Shown here: piece after piece, positions 7,988 to 17,714 of the stretch
Layout of the letters: each line of letters opens with the position of its first letter
Position numbering within the stretch: the first letter of the stretch is position 1
From: an uncultured virus (IMG/VR IMGVR_UViG_3300028840_001562)
Lineage: Duplodnaviria; Heunggongvirae; Uroviricota; Caudoviricetes
DNA length: 64,000 nucleotides
Reading direction: 5' to 3' (one strand)
IMG/VR virus record: IMGVR_UViG_3300028840_001562
Program-made: the position numbers and the translations under genes
Notes under the pieces: model-generated
What the model was told of the DNA's origin: nothing
What the model saw: only the letters and a program-made list of their open reading frames with translations
Database searches by the model: none

Positions 7988-7997
7988 TACCTTATGT

Positions 7998-8651
7998 ATG
8001 AGGAGGAAAGCTATGAAGGAAGTGTATGGGAAGGTGCTCGCTATACAAAGCGAGATGACGAAACTGCCCAAGAATGGGTACAACTCTTTCCACAAGTACG
8101 CCTACGTCACCGAGGCTGATGCCATGGAGATGTTCAGGGACTTGTGCGTCAAGCACGGTGTTGTCGTGATCCCCACCATCTCCATTGTTGCCCACAACGG
8201 AGATCTCACCACCATCAATGCCTCGTATCGCATTATCGACTGCGATACGGGAAAGGAGATAACGTGTGAGATCCCCGGCCAAGGCCAAGACAAGGGAGAC
8301 AAGGGAATTTATAAGGCGATAACAGGTAGTTATAAGTACTTCATTATGAAAACATTTATGATTCCCACCGGTGACGATCCAGAGCGTGACGAGGGCGTGA
8401 AGCCAGTGCAAACCAAGAAAGCCTATACGCCGACGGCATCAAGCTCAAGCAACCCGCTGTGGTCCTCTGAGTTCAAAGGGAAGATGTATCTACACGCGAT
8501 CCCATGCAAAGAGTTCTCAGAAGAAGAACTCGCTAACGCTGGGCTGAAGCAGGGCAAAAAGAGCTGGTACATGGAGTACGACGAAGACACCTACAAACAC
8601 CTCGAGGAACTCCTCTATAACATGAAGGACACAAGCGATGTCCCGTACTGA
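7998..8651 (+). CDS. erf: ERF-family single-strand annealing protein
   Basis: KNGYNSFHKYAY, GQGQDKGDKGIYKAITGSYKY, IPTGDDPE. Confidence 0.88.
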   Translation: MRRKAMKEVYGKVLAIQSEMTKLPKNGYNSFHKYAYVTEADAMEMFRDLCVKHGVVVIPTISIVAHNGDLTTINASYRIIDCDTGKEITCEIPGQGQDKGDKGIYKAITGSYKYFIMKTFMIPTGDDPERDEGVKPVQTKKAYTPTASSSSNPLWSSEFKGKMYLHAIPCKEFSEEELANAGLKQGKKSWYMEYDEDTYKHLEELLYNMKDTSDVPY

Positions 8652-8744
8652 CAAGAAAGACCCCAACAAACCAATCATTGACTTCCTTGGTTCCCTTTCC
8701 AAGCTCATGGTAAAGATTACCAAAAAGCAAGGGGAAACAAAGAA

Positions 8745-8942
8745 ATGATCTATGTCGTTATTGCGTGGCTCGTCATACTCACTGGAATATGGGTCTTCCA
8801 GCTGGTCCGCAAGGGAAAGCCGCGCTCAACCCAACGCCGTGACCAAGAGATCGACCTGGTTGTGGAAGATATCCGAGATCACGGCGTTGGGTACTTAGAA
8901 ATCACAAGAATAGATCCTGACAAGGTGTTCTATCGTGAATGA
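8745..8942 (+). CDS. Small single-TM protein
   Basis: N-terminal hydrophobic helix; overlaps the start of the dehydratase gene. Confidence 0.6.
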   Translation: MIYVVIAWLVILTGIWVFQLVRKGKPRSTQRRDQEIDLVVEDIRDHGVGYLEITRIDPDKVFYRE

Positions 8943-9879
8943 TAAAGTTGTTCTGATAGTTGGCGGAACAGGAACGCTTGGTCAAATGATTCTGCCAAAA
9001 CTTATAGACACATCAACAAACGTTAGAGTTCTCTCAAGGGGAGAGCATAAACAAGTAGAGCTTGCCCACAAGCACAAAGACGTTGAGTTTATGCTTGGCG
9101 ATGTTGCAGACCGTGAACGCGTAGAAATAGCCTGCCGTGGTTGCGATGAAGTCTACCACTTCGCCGCCATCAAACACGTCCACAAAGCAGAGCGTGACGT
9201 TCACCAGGCCATCAAGACAAACGTTCTCGGGACTCTCAACGTAATCAATGGCTGTATCCGAAACAACGTGAGCAAGTGCATATTCACAAGCACAGACAAG
9301 GCCGTTGAACCCCTTAACGTATACGGGGCATCGAAACTACTGGCAGAACGTGCGTGGATAGCTGGCAACCAAGGAGCACACAACTCTAGGTTTTCTGCTG
9401 TGCGCTACGGCAACGTCCTTGCCTCTAGTGGTTCAGTCCTTGAGCTGTGGCTGAAGCAACGCGACAAGCAAGAAGCTCTTACCATAACAGATCCAGAGAT
9501 GACGCGCTTCTTTCTAACCGTGGAAGAAGCCGCCACGTTTGTCTTCCAGTGTATGCAAGAGATGGAAGGTGGCGAGGTGTTCATCCCCAAGGTCAAGGCT
9601 ACCTCCATGAAGATGATGGCCAATATGTTGTCTGACAGAATCAAGAAGACCGGCGTAAGACCTGGCGAGAAAATGCACGAGGTCTTGATAAGCAAGAACG
9701 AGATGATGCAGGCAAGAGACGCGGGGCATTGCTTTATCAGATACCCAGACACTGACTGGTTCACCTTTGAAACAAAGGGACAGTGGTTGCCGAAGGATTT
9801 CGAGTACACATCCCTAACAGCCCAACAGTACACAGACAATGAACTGAGGGACTTGCTATGTACTTTATTGCAGAAATAG
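8935..9879 (+). CDS. pseB: UDP-GlcNAc 4,6-dehydratase (PseB/FlaA1/CapD family)
   Basis: GGTGTLG, HFAAIKHV, STDKAVEP.NVYGASK, VRYGNV..SSGSV, MTRF, GVRPGEKMHE. Confidence 0.9.
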   Translation: MNDKVVLIVGGTGTLGQMILPKLIDTSTNVRVLSRGEHKQVELAHKHKDVEFMLGDVADRERVEIACRGCDEVYHFAAIKHVHKAERDVHQAIKTNVLGTLNVINGCIRNNVSKCIFTSTDKAVEPLNVYGASKLLAERAWIAGNQGAHNSRFSAVRYGNVLASSGSVLELWLKQRDKQEALTITDPEMTRFFLTVEEAATFVFQCMQEMEGGEVFIPKVKATSMKMMANMLSDRIKKTGVRPGEKMHEVLISKNEMMQARDAGHCFIRYPDTDWFTFETKGQWLPKDFEYTSLTAQQYTDNELRDLLCTLLQK

Positions 9880-10499
9880 GCTCATGCCACATGGGCAAGC
9901 TGGACTATGCCAAGGAGGCCATTGACCTTGCAGCTGAGGCCGGCGCTGATGTCTGTAAGTTTCAGTTATTCAGAGGCAAACAGTACACCAAGAGCGGAAA
10001 CATCGAGCTAAGCGAGGATCTGTGGCGCGACATCGTGGAGTATGCAAAGGACCGAATACCAGTCACTGCAAGTGTGTTCGACAAACATACCTATTTGATG
10101 ATTAGGGGTTGCTCTGGCTTGCCGTTTATCAAGTTCGCCTATTCTCAACTTCACAACTACGACTTGCAGAGCAGGGCATACCGGGCTGGATATGACATTA
10201 TCGTCAGCTGTGACCACATGACTTATAAGATACCGCATCACAAGGCCAAGAAGCTCTATTGCGTGCCCGAATACCCGGTAAAATATAAGATTGATTTCGA
10301 GGGTTGTTTTCCCAAGTTCGATGGGTTCTCAGATCACACCTATGGATTAGAGCAGACATTCGCCGCAGTACGTCGTGGTGCACAGATCATCGAGAAGCAT
10401 TTCAAGCTAGATCATGATGACATTGTGTGCCCTGATGCTGAGTTCGCTATCACACCAAACAAACTAAGGGTTCTTGTTAAGCACTTGAGGGAGATATGA
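9858..10499 (+). CDS. neuB: Nonulosonic acid synthase (NeuB/PseI family), lacking the C-terminal AFP-like domain
   Basis: FIAEIG..H.G, KFQ, GFSDHT and IIEKHF motifs. Confidence 0.9.
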   Translation: MYFIAEIGSCHMGKLDYAKEAIDLAAEAGADVCKFQLFRGKQYTKSGNIELSEDLWRDIVEYAKDRIPVTASVFDKHTYLMIRGCSGLPFIKFAYSQLHNYDLQSRAYRAGYDIIVSCDHMTYKIPHHKAKKLYCVPEYPVKYKIDFEGCFPKFDGFSDHTYGLEQTFAAVRRGAQIIEKHFKLDHDDIVCPDAEFAITPNKLRVLVKHLREI

Positions 10500-11212
10500 A
10501 GGTTCTAGTCATTGGTGGAAATGGCTCTATAGGCAAGCGCTATTGTGCCATCTTGCGTTATCTCAAGGTGAACTATGAGATTTACGAGATCAACGATGTG
10601 TTGGCTAATTCGGCGCCACCAGAGGCTGACAGGTGGCTGATCGCATCTCCCACTTCAACCCACTTCGAGTATTGTATGGAAGCTATTAAGCGCAGGAAGC
10701 CATTCTTGTGCGAGAAGCCGCTATCTAAGTCTCTGGATCAGTGCAGGGAGATCAGGGATGCTGCCCAAGCGGCTGATGTTGATGGCCGGGTGGTATGTAA
10801 TTACAAGATAGCATTTGAGATAAATTTTGGTGGGACTGTGTTTGAAGGGGCGCTGCCCTACAAATACGAGTATTTCAACACTGGCAAAGACGGTGTGTTT
10901 TGGGACTTGTGCCAGTTGATATACATGAATCCCAACCTGTTGATAGACACAGATAGCCCGACATGGTGTTTGTGGATGCACCAACCGAAGCAGCCATCCA
11001 GGACTTTCGTAGACGCAGAGAAACCACAACCAAGCATATTCATCCTGGAATGTCTTGAGCAATCTTATCGCCAAATGATTCAAGCGTGGTTTCGAGATAA
11101 CCCGAAATGGCCAAATCTTGGCATAGAATCTCTATGGTCTTTAGATGACGGAGTAAATATGACCAAGGCGGTTATTGAAAGAATGGAAAGAGAAAAGGTG
11201 AAGATTTTATGA
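10496..11212 (+). CDS. Gfo/Idh/MocA-like NAD(P) oxidoreductase
   Basis: VIGGNGSIG, IASPT..H, LCEKP. Confidence 0.8.
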   Translation: MKVLVIGGNGSIGKRYCAILRYLKVNYEIYEINDVLANSAPPEADRWLIASPTSTHFEYCMEAIKRRKPFLCEKPLSKSLDQCREIRDAAQAADVDGRVVCNYKIAFEINFGGTVFEGALPYKYEYFNTGKDGVFWDLCQLIYMNPNLLIDTDSPTWCLWMHQPKQPSRTFVDAEKPQPSIFILECLEQSYRQMIQAWFRDNPKWPNLGIESLWSLDDGVNMTKAVIERMEREKVKIL

Positions 11213-11282
11213 GCGGAAATGTCTGAGGCTATATTTTTCAGCTTGATTGTAATGGCGAAACTTCAAGACAAAGAAACGGAGA

Positions 11283-11960
11283 TTGAATCTTATGAAGACG
11301 CTAATAGGAATACAAGTCAGGGCCAGAAGCACCAGGCTTCCGAATAAGCACCTTGAGGAGATCGGCGGCAAGAGCTGCTTGCAGCACGTCTGGGACAGTG
11401 CACAGGACGCCTCCAAGGTGAAGCGCAGTGGTGAGGAGGTCGTAGTTTCCTTGCTTGTTCCGGAGGATGAGAAGCTTGCGTTTGTTAACCTTGGCTTCGA
11501 TCCCATCTTCTATGGTGACGGTGCCGACCTTCTTGGCCGTTATGCCTCGGCTGCCATACATTATAGCGCTGATCGCATCGTCAGGGTTACAGGTGACTGT
11601 CCCATGTTGCCTCCAATGTTGATCCTAAAGTGTATGGAGCAGTTACAGACCGTTGATTACAGCTCCAATACTACGGAGCGCACCTACCCAGACGGTTATG
11701 ATATACAAGGGTGTTCCAAGGAAGCCTTGTTATGGTTCTGCCATAACCAGAACGGAGAGAGGGAGCACCCCTTTGTTTTATTCGACAAGAACCAGATGGT
11801 GCGTGAGCAGTTCACAGCGGACGGGTTCAAGTGGGGTCAGATTATCAATGCGGAGTGTATTAATCAACGCAAGGTGTCGTTGGATACAAGGGAAGACCTC
11901 GAATGTATAAGGCGTTTTTATGATGCAATGCGAGCACCCAAGGTGGTGTCGGCGAGCTGA
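11283..11960 (+). CDS. Cytidylyltransferase (SpsF/PseF/NeuA-like)
   Basis: IQVRARSTRLPNK, RIVRVTGDCP, YPDGYD, SLDTRED. Confidence 0.88.
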   Translation: MNLMKTLIGIQVRARSTRLPNKHLEEIGGKSCLQHVWDSAQDASKVKRSGEEVVVSLLVPEDEKLAFVNLGFDPIFYGDGADLLGRYASAAIHYSADRIVRVTGDCPMLPPMLILKCMEQLQTVDYSSNTTERTYPDGYDIQGCSKEALLWFCHNQNGEREHPFVLFDKNQMVREQFTADGFKWGQIINAECINQRKVSLDTREDLECIRRFYDAMRAPKVVSAS

Positions 11961-13125
11961 GCGGGCTATCGCTCAGACAACCTGCACCAATTCCAAGCGC
12001 CCATCGGCGTTTATTGAGGGCATTTATCCTACTCATGTCGCAAAGGGGCATGGGTGTTATCTCTATGATGTTAAAGGAAACAGGTACATAGATTTCGTAG
12101 GGGGACTTGGCACCAATATTCTTGGTTACGGTCATCCGAAGGTTACTGAGGCGGTGGTAAAGTATGCCTATCGTGGTCCGTCGTTGTCACTGCCTCACAC
12201 CTTGGAGGTTGAGGTGGCCGAGAAAGTGAAGGACATGTTTCCGTTTATTGAGAAGGTACGCTTTTTCAAAACGGGTTCGGAGGCATGTTCTGCTGCGGTG
12301 CGTATAGCCAGAGCGTACAATAGTTCTGGGAACTATGTTATCAGCGATGGCTATCATGGGTGGCATGACTTGTTCACATCCATGTCGAGTCCTGCTTTGG
12401 GGGTCCGTGATTCATTCTGTGCTGTAGACACCTTCTCATACAACCCAACCACCTACTACGCAGCATGTTGGATCACGGAACCCCTCCATTTAGATGCTTC
12501 TCCTGATCGGATTAAGGAAGTGCGTCGTTGGATGGGGTTAGCTGAAAAGAACAATTTTGTTACAATTTTCGACGAAATTGTGACCGGTCTTCGCGTGCCC
12601 AACCACAGCGTGGCTAGCTGGTGGAAATTAAAGCCTGATTTGATCTGTCTTGGGAAGGGGATAGCGAATGGTTATCCGTTATCCATAGTGGGTGGCAGGT
12701 CGGAGGTGATGGATTGTGGCGAGTGGTTTTGCTCTTCTACTTATGCTGGTGACGTGGTGTCTTTGGCGGCGTGCCAGGCGACGCTCAACGAGGTATCGAA
12801 GAACAAGAGCGTGGAGGACCTCTTCTTCTATGCGGACAATTTCTTATCCTCGTTGAACAGCATTTTAGACCTGATCGATGTTGAGATCGAGGGCTATGGC
12901 ACCAGGGGCTTGCTTGACGTATCTACCCGTAACGCTGCCCTGCTTATGCAAGAGTGCTGTAAGGCCAACATATTATTGGGAAAAGCTTATTTCTTTTCAT
13001 GGGCTCATCTTGAGGCTGAGATCACAGAGCATGTCCTGAACGTTATAGGAGACGTTGTAGAGCGCATCAAACGGGGCAGGACGCGCCTTGAGGGGCCCAT
13101 GCCGATACAAACCTTCAAGAGGTGA
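11920..13125 (+). CDS. PLP aminotransferase class III (GSA-aminomutase-like sugar aminotransferase)
   Basis: GCYLYDV.GNRYIDF, FKTGSEA, FDEIVTG, DLICLGKGIANGYPL. Confidence 0.88.
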   Translation: MMQCEHPRWCRRAERAIAQTTCTNSKRPSAFIEGIYPTHVAKGHGCYLYDVKGNRYIDFVGGLGTNILGYGHPKVTEAVVKYAYRGPSLSLPHTLEVEVAEKVKDMFPFIEKVRFFKTGSEACSAAVRIARAYNSSGNYVISDGYHGWHDLFTSMSSPALGVRDSFCAVDTFSYNPTTYYAACWITEPLHLDASPDRIKEVRRWMGLAEKNNFVTIFDEIVTGLRVPNHSVASWWKLKPDLICLGKGIANGYPLSIVGGRSEVMDCGEWFCSSTYAGDVVSLAACQATLNEVSKNKSVEDLFFYADNFLSSLNSILDLIDVEIEGYGTRGLLDVSTRNAALLMQECCKANILLGKAYFFSWAHLEAEITEHVLNVIGDVVERIKRGRTRLEGPMPIQTFKR

Positions 13126-13128
13126 GAG

Positions 13129-13453
13129 AATGGACGTTACAGCGGCAGCAGAGGCTTTAGGGGTGGATTCTCGGTGGCTATCCAGGGCCATATGGCATCA
13201 TCGTGTGCCCTTATTCGGTCGTCGTTGTTATATGGGCGGTGTTGTGTATGAGGCTAAGCCTGGTGCATTGCGGTGGTTGGTGGACAGGTCACCTGATGCC
13301 ATCGTCTATGCTTATCGGCGCAAGCATTGTTCAGAGGCTGTCAAATACGAAGTGTTATCAAAGCGTTATGGTGTGTCTCGTTACGAAAAGGGGCAGTTGC
13401 CTAGTGGTTATGCAGACTTAGAGCACACAACGCTATGGTTAGCGGAGGCTTAG
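13129..13453 (+). CDS. Hypothetical protein, possible HTH
   Basis: MDVTAAAEALGV..RWL pattern. Confidence 0.5.
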
Positions 13454-14059
13454 TTGATGGTATCTGTAGATCGTAACGAGTTGAAGTTAAGGTTATCTCC
13501 TGAGTTACCTCATGAGCAGTTAAAGTGGCGCAATGATGCTCGTATTTGGCGTTGGTGTCGTCAGAATCACATCATCACCAGGGCTCAGCAGATGGAGTGG
13601 TTGGATCGCATAGAGATGGATCCTGCGATACAGATGTTTGGTATTGACTCATCCAAAGCCGGGTTAGTTGGGACCTGTGGTTTAACGGGGATCAACACCT
13701 ATCATCGCACGGCTGAGTTTAGCCTATTTATAGGTCCTGAGTATCATGGCCATGGTTATTCACGCCCAAGCCTGGTCCTATTATTGGATTATGGGTTCAA
13801 CCGGATGAACCTGAAGTGCATCTACGGAGAGGTGATAGCTGGCAACCCAGCGTTAAGCCTATTCTTATCTGTTGGTTTCCGTGAGGAGGGTATTCATCAT
13901 TGTCGGTACTTCAAGCATGGCAAGTATCATGACGCAGTGAGCATCTCTATCACGGATGGTGAGTACAGGAAGAGGGGTATATATGAGACGGTATTTGATG
14001 ATTCTATTGATGCTGGTGATGGTTGGCATGTTATTCGGATGGTGGACAAGGACCGCTGA
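13454..14059 (+). CDS. GNAT N-acetyltransferase (PseH/RimJ-like)
   Basis: KWRND, VGTCGL, AEFSLFI, GHGY, YGF..MNL, GF..EG. Confidence 0.85.
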   Translation: MMVSVDRNELKLRLSPELPHEQLKWRNDARIWRWCRQNHIITRAQQMEWLDRIEMDPAIQMFGIDSSKAGLVGTCGLTGINTYHRTAEFSLFIGPEYHGHGYSRPSLVLLLDYGFNRMNLKCIYGEVIAGNPALSLFLSVGFREEGIHHCRYFKHGKYHDAVSISITDGEYRKRGIYETVFDDSIDAGDGWHVIRMVDKDR

Positions 14060-14177
14060 GTGTGTGTGGTGTCCTAGTTACACATGTTATGGGTCCTGTC
14101 CTAGTGGTTGTGTGTGTGTTACCCCTCCTGGTCAAGTTGGGGGCAAGTGCTATGGCATAGGTGTAGTGCCTGAATGA
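13983..14177 (+). CDS. Secreted Cys-rich mini-protein
   Basis: Signal-peptide-like N-terminus followed by 7 Cys. Confidence 0.55.
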   Translation: MRRYLMILLMLVMVGMLFGWWTRTAECVWCPSYTCYGSCPSGCVCVTPPGQVGGKCYGIGVVPE

Positions 14178-14365
14178 ACGGACTAGTAGCTTTAGTTATT
14201 GTTTTTCTTTTTTCTCTTTTGTCTTTTGCAGCTGGCTGGCTGATATGTGCTTCTACCAAGAAGGACATGCCTAAGTCAGTCAGTAGGTCTAACTCAGAGT
14301 ACCCTGTATGTAGGGATGATGACGAGACAGCATACAGGAGAGAGAGAGAAGTAGGTCGGATATAA
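14174..14365 (+). CDS. Small single-TM protein
   Basis: ATGA overlap with the previous ORF; hydrophobic N-terminus. Confidence 0.55.
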   Translation: MNGLVALVIVFLFSLLSFAAGWLICASTKKDMPKSVSRSNSEYPVCRDDDETAYRREREVGRI

Positions 14366-14933
14366 CACGGACATTAGGGGTTTGGGCACCCCCTGTGCGC
14401 GGCTATGGCCTCAAGCAGAGCTACGCCCCCTCTGGAGTCTTCTGGGTAGCTTCCGGGAAAAGAGAAAGAAAAAAGAATCCATCTACTCTGAGGTTCTTAC
14501 TTCTCTTCATCTGTTCTCTCTTACTCCGTGTGCCCTTTAATACGCTCTCTCCTCGAGTTAGTTGGTGTCTCGTACCACGTTGATGGTCACATACCTGTCC
14601 GGTACCGTTACATGCAGTAAGTCCGAATAGGGGCGGAGTTATCTCCAGTCCGCTCCCTCCCACATGATTGGGCGCCTCATAGGCCATACCGATGGGACCA
14701 TCTCCTAACACGGTAGGGGTTAGCTCCCCTACTGAGGGATTTTGAACAGATCCCAATGAACTGCATTTGTTGCTTGTTTTGAAAAGGTCTATGTGGTAGG
14801 TGGTGTTCATACGTAGTTCGTTCCTAGAGTCATAGTCGGGGCCAGCAGGATGTCAAGCATCTTCTGGCCTCGACTAGCATCTAGGCTATTACACTTGCCT
14901 TTCTAATAACAAAAGCATTACACTGTAACAGTC

Positions 14934-16064
14934 ATGGCTGGCAAAAGCGGTCCCACACAACTCCAGATCGAATACGTTGAACCACAAACACTCGTCCCAG
15001 ATAAGACCAACCCACGATCCATTACAGAAAAAGAACTGTCTAAGTTGCGGAAAAGCTTAGATACTTTCGGATTCGTTGAACCCATCATAGCTAGACGAGA
15101 AGATAACTTAATCATAGGCGGGCATCAACGCGTTAAGGCGAACAAAGAGGCAAAGATTCCGGTTATTTATGTTGAAGGGATGTCAGACGAGAAGGCAAGG
15201 CTGCTCAATATCGCACTGAACAAGATACAGGGCGAGTTCGATGAGCCAAAGCTACGAGCCGTACTACAAGCCCTACATGAAGACGGAGCAGACCTAACAC
15301 TGTCAGGCTTCGATGAAGCAGAACTGAAACCACTAGTAGCAGTTGGAACAGATCTCCTCACAGATCCAGATGAGGTGCCGGAAGTTAAAGATGAAGATGT
15401 TTATGTGAAAACGGGGGATTCATGGAATTTGGACGGGAGTATTGTAACTTGTTGTGATTCAACAGATATTATGATTAACAGGGATGTTTTGACAGATCCG
15501 CCCTATGGTATGAAAGCAGTAGAAAATAGCGGAGTTTTAAAAGCCAAAGGGTACCCTCCGATTTGTGGAGATGTGGATAACACGGTTGCCTGTAAATTTG
15601 CTAAACAGATGAATGATCTACCAAGTCATAAAGTTGTTTTGTGGGGCGCTAATTATTATTCTAATGTTTTGCCAGCATCCTCATGCTGGATTGTCTGGGA
15701 CAAGAAAAACGGGCTTTCAGATCAAATGGACTGTGAACTAGCATGGACAAACATAAATGGAGTAACTCGAAAATTTGAGTGTGCAACAGAGAAAGTAGAT
15801 AGAAAACACCCTACACAGAAGCCAGTAGCGTTGCTGGCTTGGGTTTTGGAAAGATTCGACATGGGGGAAGATATTTATGATCCATTCGGTGGGGCAGGCT
15901 CTACTTTGATCGCTTGTGAACAAACAGGCCGCAAATGTGTCATGATGGAAATCGACCCATACTACTGTCAGGTGATTATAGAAAGATGGCAAAACGCAAC
16001 GGGAAAAAAAGCAAAGCTGTTGCAACGCGGCGAGGACGCAAAGGACTCTACTCCCCAGAGATAA
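14934..16064 (+). CDS. ParB-like N-domain fused to an N6/N4 DNA methyltransferase
   Basis: NPR...FGFVEPII...IIGGHQR; TDPPYG, HPTQKP, DPFGGAGST. Confidence 0.9.
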   Translation: MAGKSGPTQLQIEYVEPQTLVPDKTNPRSITEKELSKLRKSLDTFGFVEPIIARREDNLIIGGHQRVKANKEAKIPVIYVEGMSDEKARLLNIALNKIQGEFDEPKLRAVLQALHEDGADLTLSGFDEAELKPLVAVGTDLLTDPDEVPEVKDEDVYVKTGDSWNLDGSIVTCCDSTDIMINRDVLTDPPYGMKAVENSGVLKAKGYPPICGDVDNTVACKFAKQMNDLPSHKVVLWGANYYSNVLPASSCWIVWDKKNGLSDQMDCELAWTNINGVTRKFECATEKVDRKHPTQKPVALLAWVLERFDMGEDIYDPFGGAGSTLIACEQTGRKCVMMEIDPYYCQVIIERWQNATGKKAKLLQRGEDAKDSTPQR

Positions 16065-16390
16065 CAGAAGAGATCTGTAAGATCCTCGCAGCAGGTTGTA
16101 CCGATAAAGATGCCTACGAATACGTCGGCCTTAACCATGACTCGTTCTATAAGTGGTTGAACAAACACGCTGAATTTGCTGAGGCAGTAAAAAGAGCCAA
16201 AACCAAAGCACGAGTCGCAGTAACCAACAAACTCGTTGAACTTATCAATGACAAAAACCTAGGAGCCATCGTGTGGTGGCAGAAAAACCGCGACCCAGAA
16301 AACTGGAAAGACTCCCCAGAAGTCGTCGTCCAGTCCAATACCCAAGTAAACGTGGTCGCTAATGGCGAAAAAGCCTCACTACCTATCTAA
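15986..16390 (+). CDS. terS: Terminase small subunit
   Basis: HTH pattern (YSPEITEEIC...FYKWL...EFAEA) directly before TerL. Confidence 0.8.
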   Translation: MAKRNGKKSKAVATRRGRKGLYSPEITEEICKILAAGCTDKDAYEYVGLNHDSFYKWLNKHAEFAEAVKRAKTKARVAVTNKLVELINDKNLGAIVWWQKNRDPENWKDSPEVVVQSNTQVNVVANGEKASLPI

Positions 16391-17714
16391 GCCTAAAACC
16401 GTAGGCACCATCAAACTCCACGAAAAACAGGGACAGGTGTTCTTCGCCGATAAGAAGTACAGGGAAATACTAGCCTGTGCAGGCGAACAAGGTGGCAAGA
16501 GCTTCATGGGGGCACTGTGGCTCGCTAAACAAGTCTGTGAAGATCAGAACTATGCGTATAACTATGTCGTAGGCGCCCCAACCTACAAGATCATGGAACA
16601 ATCAACCAAGATCGCCTTCAACCGAGTGTTCACCAGTGTTTATGGTGCACCAGAAGGGAAAACAGACAGTTTCAAGCTGAAAACAGGCGGCAAAATATAC
16701 TTCCGCTCCTCTACTGACCCAGATTCGGTCATAGGTATTCCCGACTGTAAGGCAGCGTGGGTGGATGAGCTGGGGAAGTGCTCAAGATTGTTCTACTATA
16801 ACGTCAGAGGCAGGCTGGCACGACTACAAGGCCGTGTACTAGGTACTACCACCCCCTATGCGCTCAACTTCGTCAAGAAAGAGATCATAGACCCCGCAGA
16901 ACGGGGAGACAGAGAGGACATCTTCTACCGTAAGTGGGCCTCCGTTGAGAACCCAAGCTACCCCAAGGAAGAGTACGAGCGTAACCGAGCCCTCCTGCCA
17001 CCCAAGATCTTCGCCATGCGGTTCGGCGGTGAACATGAACAGATGGAAGGGCTGGTATACGACTGCTTCAGCCACGCCAACGTCATAGAGCCCCATGACC
17101 TACAAGACGCCATACACTATGCCGGGGTGGACTGGGGACACCGTAACCCGTTTGCCATGACTATACGAGCCGTCACACCAGAAGGACGTCACTACACGGT
17201 AAGTGAGTTCAAGAAGGCCGGCCTTACACCAGATGAGATGCTAGACGCCGCCAAGGCCAAGCACAGCGTGTTCAACATCAAGACCTTCTTCTGTGACCCC
17301 TCCAACCCAGCTATGATATTGGCCCTACAGCGTGCCGGCCTGTCTGCTTGCGGCTTTCATGAGGCATCGCCCCAACATAAGCAGATAATGTCGGGTGTAG
17401 AGGCCCACTATGCCCTCATCAAGTCCAACAACTACTTTGTGTTTAAAGGCCGCTGTCCACACCTAGAAGACGAGTACTCCACCTACCACTACGACAAGGA
17501 CGTCGAGGGCAAGAACCAGAAGGAAAACCCCGTCGCTGAAGATGACCACCTGATGGACTGCGAGCGATACGTTACAGTAGGTACATTGCATTTGACATAC
17601 AACATGGGCGTCAGTAGAATGACTGCCGATAAGGTACCGTCCAACCCATTTACGCGCAATGTCGATAGACTACTCAGACCCAGCCGGCAGGAAAAGCGTT
17701 GGGATGACTACTAA
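16362..17714 (+). CDS. terL: Terminase large subunit
   Basis: AGEQGGKS Walker A, WVDE Walker B, TTTP, GVDWG, CDPS, DDHLMD. Confidence 0.93.
   Translation: MAKKPHYLSKPKTVGTIKLHEKQGQVFFADKKYREILACAGEQGGKSFMGALWLAKQVCEDQNYAYNYVVGAPTYKIMEQSTKIAFNRVFTSVYGAPEGKTDSFKLKTGGKIYFRSSTDPDSVIGIPDCKAAWVDELGKCSRLFYYNVRGRLARLQGRVLGTTTPYALNFVKKEIIDPAERGDREDIFYRKWASVENPSYPKEEYERNRALLPPKIFAMRFGGEHEQMEGLVYDCFSHANVIEPHDLQDAIHYAGVDWGHRNPFAMTIRAVTPEGRHYTVSEFKKAGLTPDEMLDAAKAKHSVFNIKTFFCDPSNPAMILALQRAGLSACGFHEASPQHKQIMSGVEAHYALIKSNNYFVFKGRCPHLEDEYSTYHYDKDVEGKNQKENPVAEDDHLMDCERYVTVGTLHLTYNMGVSRMTADKVPSNPFTRNVDRLLRPSRQEKRWDDY

Noticed and set aside
11920..13125. hemL (heme biosynthesis) auxiliary gene
   Set aside because: The fold is GSA-like, but its overlap with an SpsF-like gene in a sugar cluster favours a sugar aminotransferase
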